Of a stretch of 64,000 nucleotides of DNA, positions 35,783-45,946 are shown piece after piece. The DNA comes from an uncultured Acidimicrobiia bacterium (GTDB lineage: Bacteria > Acidobacteriota > Terriglobia > Versatilivoradales > Versatilivoraceae): assembly GCA_963786955.1 (NCBI GenBank), contig CAWBAT010000006.1, positions 512,001 to 576,000 on the forward strand. Direction: 5' to 3'. The notes under the pieces were generated by a model. It did no database searches, was not told the DNA's origin, and was given only the letters and a program-made list of their open reading frames with translations. The position numbers and the translations under genes were made by a program. The first letter of the stretch is position 1. Each line of letters starts with the position of its first letter.

Positions 35783-36473
35783 ACCTGACCTAGCCTGAGT
35801 GCTTAACTCCATCAGCTCGCAGCAATCACCGTAGCCGGGCACGTTCCCACTTGGTGGACTTAATCTCCCTCTCCCCAACGCGGGAGAGGGCGGTCCGTCT
35901 TTCGGCGGACCGGGTGAGGGAATTTCAATCTTCATAGCTCCCCTCCTGTGTTTAAGGAGGGGATACAGGGGTGGTAAGTTTTGCCTTTGGGAGGCAGGCA
36001 TCCTACCGGCTTATTATTACTAACACCCCCTAAAACCGATTCACACAATTCAATCCCTGGTCTTATTCCATCCCTCAGCAACTCCATCCATCCCACCAGA
36101 AAAAATAGCGATGAAATGTTTCGGCAGGAAATGTCATACATCAATGTAATGGGTAAGCACCTAGGCAAATGACTATTGGATTTGACCCCGGTGTTCTATC
36201 CGTGCCATCCCATTAAACCGAGAGCCTTGAAAGCAATTCGGTTGCCGTAAACTGCACAAAATGAAGGAGGGAATATGCCCACTTGGCCAATAGTACTCAT
36301 AATTTTCACTGCCGAAACCCTCTTCCAGGTCTTGTTTTTTCAATGGAATCTTCTTCATTCAGTAAGTCGGCCCGAGGTTGTACGTCTTAGCTATGTACAC
36401 AATGTCAAGAAACCGGGCAGGATTGTCTCAAAAGCTGAGATCAAAAACTATTTGCGATGTCAATAAAAAAGTT

Positions 36474-36563
36474 CTTTACTGGCTCACTTTTCATGTGATA
36501 GCTTACACACATAATATTTCCAGAATAATCATATCTGCCTTTCCCTTATTTGCTGAGTTCGTG
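36474..36563 (+). promoter_or_regulatory. Conserved ~90-bp upstream element, copy 2
   Basis: Homologous to 32704-32794. Confidence 0.6.
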
Positions 36564-36844
36564 TTTTACGGCTAGGGTGCCCACACAACGATGAAATGAA
36601 TTCGCCCGACCAGCGGCGATTCCGCATTGCTCTAAGTGCACAACCTCAGCCTGCTTACAGGACCACTCTCTCAAGTGGAGAGCGAGCAATGAGGCACCTT
36701 TTCGGCTGACGAGGCATTAGCAAGGCTTTCCTCGCAAAGTACTTGGATTCGGTCACCATCACCTGTTTGGCTTTACTTTCAAAAAGTGCTCATTCATCAG
36801 AATGGGCATTATCTAACATCTATTGACATGAAGGAGTTAAAAAC

Positions 36845-38521
36845 ATGAGTAACGGCAAGAAAGAAAAAAAAGACTGGTTGGTCATGGTTTACTTGGCGGG
36901 TGGAAGGGACGTCAGTGATGAAGCTCTTGAAAGCCTGCTGCGGATGAAGCACGTTGGATCGACAAAGAACGTCGACGTTATCGCGCAGTTCGATTCAGGA
37001 AGCGAAGGCACATTTACTAAGCGATATGAGCTCAAACCTATCGAGAATGCCCTGGATACCAAAACCGTCTTGCTACAGGCCTGCTCAGAACTTCACGATT
37101 CTACCGATCCCTCCGACTACACACTGGCTACATTTTACTTTGAACGCTTGATGAATATTTTACCTGACGGACTGAGGAAGAACTTTCAGAGCAAGCATCA
37201 AGCAAAAGAAATGATCGAATTACTGAAGCATTATCCTTACGGGTTTAAGAATTTAATCCTTGACTTCATCTTGGATGCGGATGTAGTCGGTAACATCGGA
37301 GACACAAATGCCGGCGACCCGAACATTTTCGGGGAATTTGTTCAATGGGCAAAGGAGAACTATCCTTCTCATTACACCCTGGTCATTATTTGGGGCCACG
37401 GCAGCGGCCTTTCTGTTGCATGGGATTTTCCCGCTCCGCAATCCTCTGCTTCCCCGGAAGCTCTAACTATTAGAGATCTTTCAACTGCCCTTAGCAGGAT
37501 CAAAACCCACTACGACCCCCGTGAGAGACCCAAAATTGCAAAGGGCAAAAAGGAGAACGATACCAATGGGATGCCCATAGTTGATATTTTGGGATTCAAT
37601 TCGTGCTCGTTAGGAATGATCGAGGTTTACCGTCAGCTACAGAAGTTCGTGACTTACGGTGTGGCATCCGAAGGATTTACTCCCAAAACCAGTTGGCCTT
37701 ATGAAAAGATCCTGAAAGCACTTAACGATGAACCTGAAATGGTACCAGATGCTTTCGCCATGAAAATTGTCGACGAATACATCAACTTCTACGAAGAATC
37801 GGTGGAAGCGACTGAACGACGTCAATCAGCACTACGCAAAATTGGGATACGAGACTTGAATGCGGGTTTAGACTTGAATAAGAGGCCCGCTCTGTCCAAG
37901 GGACCTGGTTTGTCAAAGGGACCCGGCTTGTCCAAAGGACCTGGCTTGTCCAAGGGACCCGGCTTGTCCAAGGGACCTGGCTTGGGTCCAGAGGGGGAAC
38001 CAGAACTGAGAGGCATTGATCTTTCCGTGTGCAAATTAGTGGAAAGCATAAAAGTTGAAGAAAAAATGACAAAACTGGTGGAATTGCTGCTCAAAAAGCT
38101 GCAACCGAAATTGGATCACGGCGTCTTTGGCGCCATTCTGGCCGCACATGCTATCAGCCAATCGTATTTCAACAAGGACTTTACAGATTTATATGATTTT
38201 TGCCGAGTTCTGAAAAGTTTCGGTGTTAATCAGGATATTGAGAAAGCTTGTGAAGACGTCATGGGAGCAATAACCAAAATGCGCATAAAAAATAAGAAAA
38301 ATTATGTTGGCGATGATGTCCAGAATTCAAACGGGGTTTCAATCTATTTCCCCTGGGACGATTGGGAAAGAAAAGATGTGCTTAGCAAGTATAATGAGAA
38401 TAATCTAGAATTTCTTAAGAATACAAATTGGCATACTTTCCTCGAAACTTACCGAGATTTGGTGCACAAGCTCGAGGAAAAAAAAGACCCCTTCTTGCTC
38501 TCTCTTGCGCAACATCCCTAA
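36845..38521 (+). CDS. Clostripain-related cysteine peptidase (C11, clan CD)
   Basis: WLVMVYLAG, VIAQFD, NAGDP..F..FVQWA..NYP, IIWGHGSG (His), DILGFNSC (Cys)..IEV, VASE, SWPY and GVSIYFP; AAGGAG RBS; no signal peptide. Confidence 0.85.
   Translation: MSNGKKEKKDWLVMVYLAGGRDVSDEALESLLRMKHVGSTKNVDVIAQFDSGSEGTFTKRYELKPIENALDTKTVLLQACSELHDSTDPSDYTLATFYFERLMNILPDGLRKNFQSKHQAKEMIELLKHYPYGFKNLILDFILDADVVGNIGDTNAGDPNIFGEFVQWAKENYPSHYTLVIIWGHGSGLSVAWDFPAPQSSASPEALTIRDLSTALSRIKTHYDPRERPKIAKGKKENDTNGMPIVDILGFNSCSLGMIEVYRQLQKFVTYGVASEGFTPKTSWPYEKILKALNDEPEMVPDAFAMKIVDEYINFYEESVEATERRQSALRKIGIRDLNAGLDLNKRPALSKGPGLSKGPGLSKGPGLSKGPGLSKGPGLGPEGEPELRGIDLSVCKLVESIKVEEKMTKLVELLLKKLQPKLDHGVFGAILAAHAISQSYFNKDFTDLYDFCRVLKSFGVNQDIEKACEDVMGAITKMRIKNKKNYVGDDVQNSNGVSIYFPWDDWERKDVLSKYNENNLEFLKNTNWHTFLETYRDLVHKLEEKKDPFLLSLAQHP
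37892..37981 (+). repeat. 18-bp coding tandem repeat, 5 x LSKGPG
   Basis: ctgtccaagggacctggt / ttgtcaaagggacccggc / ttgtccaaaggacctggc / ttgtccaagggacccggc / ttgtccaagggacctggc. Confidence 0.95.
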
Positions 38522-38733
38522 AAGGGTAGAAACCCTTAACTAGGTTAATGGTTGAACTCGAATTGTCAGTTGGCTAACTCTCGTTGACAGTCATTTTGCT
38601 AAGGGCCGGTTGGAGAAGTGTGTTGCATCTGTCTTCAGCTGTAAATCGATGCCTTACTTTAAACGAATTGCAGGCAAGACGCCTACAACATAAACTAAAA
38701 AAGGATGATTTCTTCAAACAGCCTCCTATCCCT

Positions 38734-41700
38734 ATGGGACGCCCTCCATGGGTCAGTTGGAGCAAACAGTTGCCTAAACTTGAACAGAGGTACAGAAAAG
38801 CGCTGGGGTGGCTGGTCACATCTGCGGCCTATTTTTTTTTGTTGGTACCCGCCTCCGTCTTTTCATTCTCCCGAAGTGAAGCCTCATCACGCCCTGAACC
38901 GAACTTAGGACGTCATGTAGATTCTCCAATTGAAAAAGATCATCAAACTTCTCGGGCGTTATTCCTTGGAACAACGATAGAGAAGGTCCTGCTAGAAAAC
39001 GATAGCCAAAGCTATCCTTTGGAACTTTTGCAGGGAGTATTCTGTCGCACGGATATGTATTCTACCAATCACAATTTAATTGTATCCGTCGCTTGGCCTA
39101 ACCATCAAAAATCGATGGAATGGAACGTTCCGAGACGCGTTCTTACACCCGTTTCATGGATTGCCGATGATCCAGGAATCTACCTGTTGGAGGTTCGTCC
39201 CTCCGGGGTAGGACGAGCCTCCGGTGACTATCGCTTAGAAATAACGGGGTTCAGGAAAGCTTCCGAACAAGACCAAAAGCAAGTGATTGCGTCTCGAATG
39301 CTTTCTGAAGCGGAACAGCTCCGTCAACAGTGGAATAAAGAGTCTCTCCTAAACGCCATTCGCAAGTACGAAGCGGCATTTGGAGTCTGGCAAGCTATTG
39401 CAGACCAGCAGCTACAAGCTGCAACGCTTAGAAGCATCGGCGAAGTATGGGAAATCTTCTCCGAAGAAGAAAAGGCTCTCAATTGCTTTACCAGTGCCCA
39501 GAAATTGTACAAAGGCCTGAATGACAAAAAGGAGGAAATCGCTACTCTGAACACCATTGCTGGTTCATATATTTATAGAGGAGAAAATCAAAAGGCTCTC
39601 GATATTTCCAAGCTGACCTTGGATATGATGAGGACAGTCAGTGATAGCTTGGAAAATGCCCAGGCGTTTCACAACCTAGGTGCTGCTTACTATGGTATGA
39701 ATGACATGCGAAAAGCGAAGGAGGCTCTAAATGAGGCCTTGCGACTCCGCCAGGAAATGTCAGATCCTTCCGGGCAAGCCGAAACTATTTTATACTTGGG
39801 TTACATTCAACATGCTCTTAAGAATACCGTTGAGGCCGAGGAATATTATCAACAATCTCTCAGTATCTGGCGTGAATTAAGGAACCCGAGAGGAGAAGCT
39901 CTCGTACTAGTCGCGCTTGGACACCTTTCCAACATACTTGGAGACAGCCAAAAGGCCCTCGGCTTTTACAATCAGTCTATTGGAATTTTCCAATGTATTG
40001 GGGAAAAAACGGGTCAGGGCACTGCCCTTGTGGGGGTCGCATGGCTTTATACTGCTTTGGGCGAAAAAGAAAGGGGTCTTGTTTTTTATTTGCAGGCTCT
40101 GGATCTGATACGGCACGTAAAAGATGTGGCATTGGAAGGACAAACTCTTGACTTCATCAGTAGCATCTATGCGGATATGGGAGATTATAAGACCGCGTTG
40201 ACATATTCCCAGCAGTCTGTTCAAGTCAACCGGAAAATATCTTCAGCCTTGGGGGAATCCTATGCGCTGGCAGACATGGGCAAGATTTATGAATCTTTAG
40301 GGATGAAAACCGAAGCGATAAGAAATTATCGTCATGGCCTTGAGTTGTCCCAAAAGGGAGGAGATCGCCACTTGGAAGGACTTTTGCTCAACGCAATTGG
40401 TCACAACTTTCACGACTCGGGACAGATAACGAAGGCGCTGCCTTACTACCAGCAGGCTCTCAGATTACAGCAAGATTCTAAGGATGCGGTTCGCCAACCT
40501 TCCACACTTTACAACCTAGCTCGGGCGGAGCGTGATATTGGGAACCTTGAGCAGGCCATTCGCTATGCTGAACAGGCATTGGAAATCACCGAGTCTTTGC
40601 GAGGCAAAGTCGCAAGCCGCGATTTACGCTCCTCGTTTGTCGCCTCCGTACATCAACAATACGAATTAACCATTGATCTTCTCATGCAAATGCATCGGCT
40701 GCATCCGTCAGAGGGTTACGCAGCCAGGGCATTTGGTATCAGCGAACGAGCACGCGCCCGTTCGCTGCTGGAGAGCCTTGCTGAGACCGGCAGCGATATT
40801 CGAACTGCTGCCAGCCCCTGCCCTCCTGGAACGACGCGGGCAATTGCAAATTTATTGAACACCAAAGCGGAACAACAGATGCAATCCTCAGAAAAAAAGT
40901 CCAATGGGACCAAAGATGCAGCCCTTACTCTCGAGATTGACAAACTCACTACCCAATACCAACAAGTCCAAGGCCAGATCCGCTCTGAGAGTCCCCACTA
41001 TTCCAGCTCTGGCTCAATTGCAGCCTTTAAGCTTAAAGAAGTCCAGGAGCTAATCCTCGATGACGGCAGTCTCTCTTGCTGGAATTCGCTCTGGGAGACG
41101 ATCAGAGTTATCTATGGGCGGTAACAAAGACAGGGATGACTTGTCATCAATTGCCAAAGCGTACAGTAATCGATCAAACAGCTCGGCTTCTCTATGGCCT
41201 GCTCACTGCTCGCCATCCTACGCCAGATGAAACACCCAAACAGTATCAGGCCAGAGTCAAAGATTCTGATGTTCAATACTAGGACGCAGGCGGCTGCATT
41301 GAGCCAGCTGTTGTTGGGACCTGTGGCCGACCAATTAGGAAGCCGCAGATTACTCATCGTTGCTGAAGGTGCTTTGCAATATGTGCCGTTTGGAGCGTTG
41401 CCGTGTCCGAAGGAACAAGGAACAGGGAGCATGGAGCAAGGGGGAACGGGCCCAGAGGACCAAGGGACAAGCGGTAGAATAAAGGGTCAAGATTCAAGGG
41501 AGAAGGGTCAGGCCAAAGAACTGAAACTGCAGGGCGACAATTACCCCTCACCCCACCCCTCTCCTCCTGTTTGGGACGAGGGAGGAAGGCCTCTAGTTAT
41601 TGACCACGAAATTGTCAATCTGCCGTCGGCTTCGGCACTAGCTATGTTGCGCAAGGAGACTGTCAACCGCCAGCCAGCCAGCAGGTCAGTGGCCGTATTG

Positions 41701-42444
41701 GCTGATCCAGTCTTCGAAGCAGATGACCCACGGGTCTCGGGCCGCGGAGTGCCTAGGCAAAGTCCAAAGCCGACCATAGTGTCTCATCGCAAGTCTACGG
41801 CAGCAACTCTCAGTGATCTTCAACTTTCTCTGCGGGACGTCGGGATGCTCCAGGGTGGCTTGGGCATCCCTCGGCTACTTTCCACTCGCCAGGAAGCTGA
41901 AGGTATTCTGTCTGTAAGTCTCTCAGGGACTTGCCTGAAGGCAGTCGATTTCAAAGCCAGCCGTGAGACCGCCGTAAGTCTTGAATTAAGCCAATTCCGA
42001 ATCGTTCATTTCGCCACTCATGGCCTTTTGAACAACCAGCATCCGGAACTCTCCGGCCTGGTCTTATCGCTAGTAGACGAACAGGGGAAACCCCAAAACG
42101 GTTTCCTTCGACTGCATGATATTTACAATCTAAATCTACCAGCCGATCTGGTCGTGCTGAGCGCGTGCAACACGGGCCTGGGCAAGGATATTAAAGGGGA
42201 AGGGTTAGTCGGCATTGTCCGTGGCTTCATGTACGCCGGCGCAGCCCGGGTAGTCGCCAGTCTATGGAAGGTGGATGATGAAGCCACGGCGGAATTAATG
42301 AAAAGATTTTATCAGCAGATGTTTCAGGAACGCCTTTCGCCTGCCGCGGCTCTGCGAGTTGCTCAGGTCGAGTTATCGCAACAGAAAAAGTGGCGCTCGC
42401 CTTATTATTGGGCAGGTTTTGTGCTCCAAGGGGAATGGAAGTGA
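38734..42444 (+). CDS. TPR-CHAT caspase-like protease with N-terminal hydrophobic segment and PPC-like domain (frameshifts ~41075 and ~41280)
   Basis: About 10 TPRs, ERARARSLLE, LLIVAEGALQYVPF, HFATHG (His), LVVLSACNTG (Cys), SLWKVDD and PYYWAGF. Confidence 0.9.
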
Positions 42445-42711
42445 TTGTAATGTGTCAGCTTGTTTCCTTTTTGAAAGTCACCACCCGCTCATCCCCCCAG
42501 TTCAACAACTTCTCGTACGCTTAAGAATTAGTCCAATCAATGAGAGTTAGCGCTGGTCGGTATTCCTGCTTGCTTCCCTTTACCCACCTCCTTTATCCAG
42601 TTTTCTTGAATACTTGTGAAATGTTTTGCTGCCGCGACTCATTACCAAATGAAGAAGGTAATACGCCGATAGCTGATCAGAAGCTATCGGATAAGATCAG
42701 AGGTAAGAGCC

Positions 42712-43851
42712 ATGGAATACGAGAGAATCTCTCATTACGAAATTATCCGGCCACTGGGAGCTGGTGGCATGGGCGCCGTTTTCCTGGCAGAAGATACCCA
42801 GCTCAATCGCCGCGTAGCCATTAAATTGCTGTCAAAAGATTTCACAAAAGATGAGAGAGCAAAAGACCGGCTCTTCTCAGAGGCACGAGCTGCAGCGCAG
42901 CTGGAACACCCCAACATCTGTTGCATTCATGAAGCCATTGAAGAAGAGCCGTCGTGCATCGTGATGGAATATGTAGAAGGCGAGACCCTCTCAGACAAAA
43001 TTAATGGGCATCCTTTGAAGATAAAAATGGCCTTAGATTTTGTTATTCAGCTGGCTGACGCGTTGGAAGAGGTGCACTCCTGCGGGATGATTCACCGGGA
43101 CATAAAGCCCAGCAACGTTATCGTCACTCCTCGCGGACGGGTTAAACTGCTCGATTTCGGTTTAGCCAAGACGGTTCGTAACATTAACGCGGACAGAGAG
43201 AAAACGGTTACTCAAAACTCCGTGACAAAGTTTGGCTCGATCGTGGGTACTGTGGCTTATATGTCTCCCGAGCAAGCAACAGGCCATCCCGTGGATTCAC
43301 GCAGCGACATCTTCTCCCTCGGCGCGCTACTTTATGAATGCCTTACGGGTAAACGCCCATTCTCCGGGACAACGACGATGGAAGAAGGGGCCAATGTGAT
43401 CTATGCCAATCCGGTGCCACCGTCGCATTTCAATCGAGCAGTGCCTTCTGAATTGGACCGGATAACTCTTAAGCTGCTGGCAAAAAAGTCTGAGTCACGC
43501 TACCAGTCAGCTGGCAAACTCATCCAGGACCTTCGCAAAGTCCATGATAGTTTGCCTGAGGAAGAATTTTGCCACGGTCCCAGTATCTGCGAAGAATCAG
43601 CGGATAAGATTACAAGAATCTCGACCATTTTGGGAAAAGGGTTAGCGGGCGCATGCTATTCCCAGACTACTTTTTCTCTCGCGCATGTAGTCGCGTGGGA
43701 CACGCTCTCAGTCTGCTTCTCTAGCAGAGCGTTCAAGGTGATATATGAGTGGTATCCTGCGGCTTCAGGAAGAACCGCGATGGCATTTCTCCATGGCCCG
43801 GATATGAGTTCCTATGCAGGAAATAGACTTCACAAGCTGAAGCTAATATGA
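42712..43851 (+). CDS. Hanks-type Ser/Thr protein kinase
   Basis: GAGGMG, VAIK, HRDIKPSN, DFGLAK, YMSPEQ and SDIFSLG; the C-terminal tail is uncertain. Confidence 0.92.
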   Translation: MEYERISHYEIIRPLGAGGMGAVFLAEDTQLNRRVAIKLLSKDFTKDERAKDRLFSEARAAAQLEHPNICCIHEAIEEEPSCIVMEYVEGETLSDKINGHPLKIKMALDFVIQLADALEEVHSCGMIHRDIKPSNVIVTPRGRVKLLDFGLAKTVRNINADREKTVTQNSVTKFGSIVGTVAYMSPEQATGHPVDSRSDIFSLGALLYECLTGKRPFSGTTTMEEGANVIYANPVPPSHFNRAVPSELDRITLKLLAKKSESRYQSAGKLIQDLRKVHDSLPEEEFCHGPSICEESADKITRISTILGKGLAGACYSQTTFSLAHVVAWDTLSVCFSSRAFKVIYEWYPAASGRTAMAFLHGPDMSSYAGNRLHKLKLI

Positions 43852-44109
43852 TCTAATTTGGTCATTATTTTTTCCGCTCAAATGTCTTCTTACTCTGGGA
43901 TTATCCTGCAGACATTTACTCAAGCTGATTCAAACATTGCTCCTCTTGCCCTAAAAAAGAGTGGGATCCGCGGCTTGGAAATTGTGCCGGACGCCGAACG
44001 CAGCGCGAAACACATACTCTTTTTCCGATCCCAAGAGCCAGCAACTAGCACTTTAATTTTTCGCGGGAGACCGAGCTAAATTTCAAAATCAAATAAGGGG
44101 TATTAAACT

Positions 44110-44676
44110 TTGAGTAGCACTCCCTTTACGAAGAAAGAGTTCACTCAAGAAGCCTTCGATCAGTTGCTCGCCTGGCTCAATTCGGACCGGGAACAGGCCG
44201 GAAAAAAATACGAAGAAATTCGCAAGCGCTTAATCACGATTTTCACGTGTCGAGGCTGTTTGATCCCGGAAGACTTGACTGACGAAACGATTGACCGTGT
44301 CGTCATGAAGATACCGGATCTTGCAGGAAGCTATGTTGGAGATCCAGCCCTCTATTTTTATGGCGTGGCAAATATGTCTTTCATGAATACATCCGAAGAA
44401 TTCCCACTCCGGTCCCACCGCCCGTCCTTCATCCCACAGTAGAAGTGGAGCAAGCAATACTCTTGTTTGGAACAGTGCGTGCAGCAGTTGAATTTTAAGA
44501 CTCGCAGTCTGATTCTCGACTACTATTCGGATGAGGGTGGGAAAATCGATCACAGGAAACAACTCGCCGGCAAACTCGGCATGGAACTTAATGCCTTGAG
44601 AATTCAAGCCTGCCGAATTCGGGCTGTTTTATTTCAATGTGTTCAGGAGTGTTTGAAAAGCCACGAGATAGCATGA
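44110..44676 (+). CDS. ECF-type RNA polymerase sigma factor (frameshifted ~44375-44460)
   Basis: FDQLLAWL...AGKKYEEIR.RL..F..RGC...EDL.DETIDRV; CVQQL....R.LI.DYY...R..LA..LG...NALRI.A.RIR..L..CV..CL. Confidence 0.75.
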
Positions 44677-44808
44677 AATAGAATGTGTTTTTTTCGCATA
44701 TACAAGTGAAGGGAGTATACGGGGGCTGCGAGTACAAGTCAGGTGAATTCGAATCGGTTTCTTCAAGAATGATAAAAACCTTAGACGATTCCTTAAAGGG
44801 AATAACTA

Positions 44809-45762
44809 ATGGAAATCGATATGAACTTGGAAGAAGCAATAAGAGAATACTTGCTTGGGAAAACTTATCTCAAGGAGAACAGGAGAAACTTGAAGAGCAA
44901 TTGATGACTCAGGATGACGCTTCACTCAGTGCTTATTCATGAGGACGAGCTGATTGACGAGTATTTCGGGGGAGCCTGCCGGCGTCAAGAGAGAGAAGCC
45001 TTTGAAAGGCATTTTTTGACAGCCCCGGAGCGGCGTCAAAAGCTTGGGTTTGCACGTTCACTCACGAAGTACGTTGAAGCTTCCCGCCAACAAAAGAGCC
45101 CCCTTACTCAGCCCTCGTTCGTGAAAGCCTTAATGGCTTTGTTGCGCGTACAACAACCAGCCGTTCAGTACTCTTTCGCGGCGATAGCGCTGGTGTTGAC
45201 CGTTGGTATTTCCTGGCCAATTGTAGAAGTCCGAAGATTGCAGACTGAGGTTGGCGCAAATGCGGGACCACCAGACTACGTCTCTGATTGCGTTAATGGT
45301 CTAAGCCAACAAATAAGCGAAGCACAGAAGCGGAGCCAGGACCTGATGGAACAGTTAGGGCAACAACAGCAGAGCCGGTCCGCCTTGGAAGAGCAGCTGG
45401 CATCAATGCAGCGACCCGCCATTGTTTCGTTCCCTCTGACTCCCGGGCTGGTACGGGATTTCGGGTCAATGAAAAAGCTGATTATTCCTCCTGCAGCCAA
45501 GCTGGTGGAGCTAAGCCTCGCGGTTGACGGCGAGAATTACGATAATTATCGTGCGGCCCTACAGGGGGCCAGTGGCGAGGAGGTTCTCAGCCTGAACAGG
45601 TTGAGCATTCACGAGGAAAAATGGGATCGGCATTGATTGTGATGCCGATTCCCGTTGGACTTTTGGGTCCGGGAGATTACATTGTCAAATTAAGCGGCAC
45701 TGAAATCTGGTAACTCTTTCGAGGATATTGGCAAATACTATTTTCGTGTTTCAAAAAAGTAA
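44809..45762 (+). CDS. Membrane-anchored anti-sigma-like protein (frameshifted)
   Basis: IREYLLG.LSQGEQEKLEEQL...EDELIDEY...FERHFL..PERRQKL.FA; TM segment, coiled coil and C-terminal beta domain (LTPGLVR...GDYIVKLSG...YYFRV); directly follows the sigma gene. Confidence 0.6.
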
Positions 45763-45946
45763 GAACTCTGTAGTAGGCATTTTCGGACTGCGCGCGGGAG
45801 CGTTGACCCCCTGCGCACGCTCAATGAACGCGCGGCGAAGCGCGCATTCCACCTTTAGACGGCCAAACCACCAAAAATACGTTGCCGGATTTATGAAGCG
45901 CAGGATTTAGCCTACAAGCTAATCCAATCAGAAATCCGCAATCCAA

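Noticed and set aside
32473-36575. Small ORFs 32473..32787 and 36378..36575 sharing LYWLTF...SR.I as paralogous peptides
   Set aside because: They have weak starts, different lengths and different stop positions; the similarity is better explained by the conserved non-coding DNA element, although a leader peptide is not fully excluded.
41270-41290. Stop-codon readthrough or a genuine split in the CHAT gene
   Set aside because: Removing one base from tac tag gac restores tac tgg acg (YWT) in frame with the downstream ORF, which fits an indel error.
38734-44676. Type III-E CRISPR (Craspase) locus
   Set aside because: TPR-CHAT and a sigma factor are present, but there is no Cas7-11, no recognisable Csx30/Csx31 and no array in the window.
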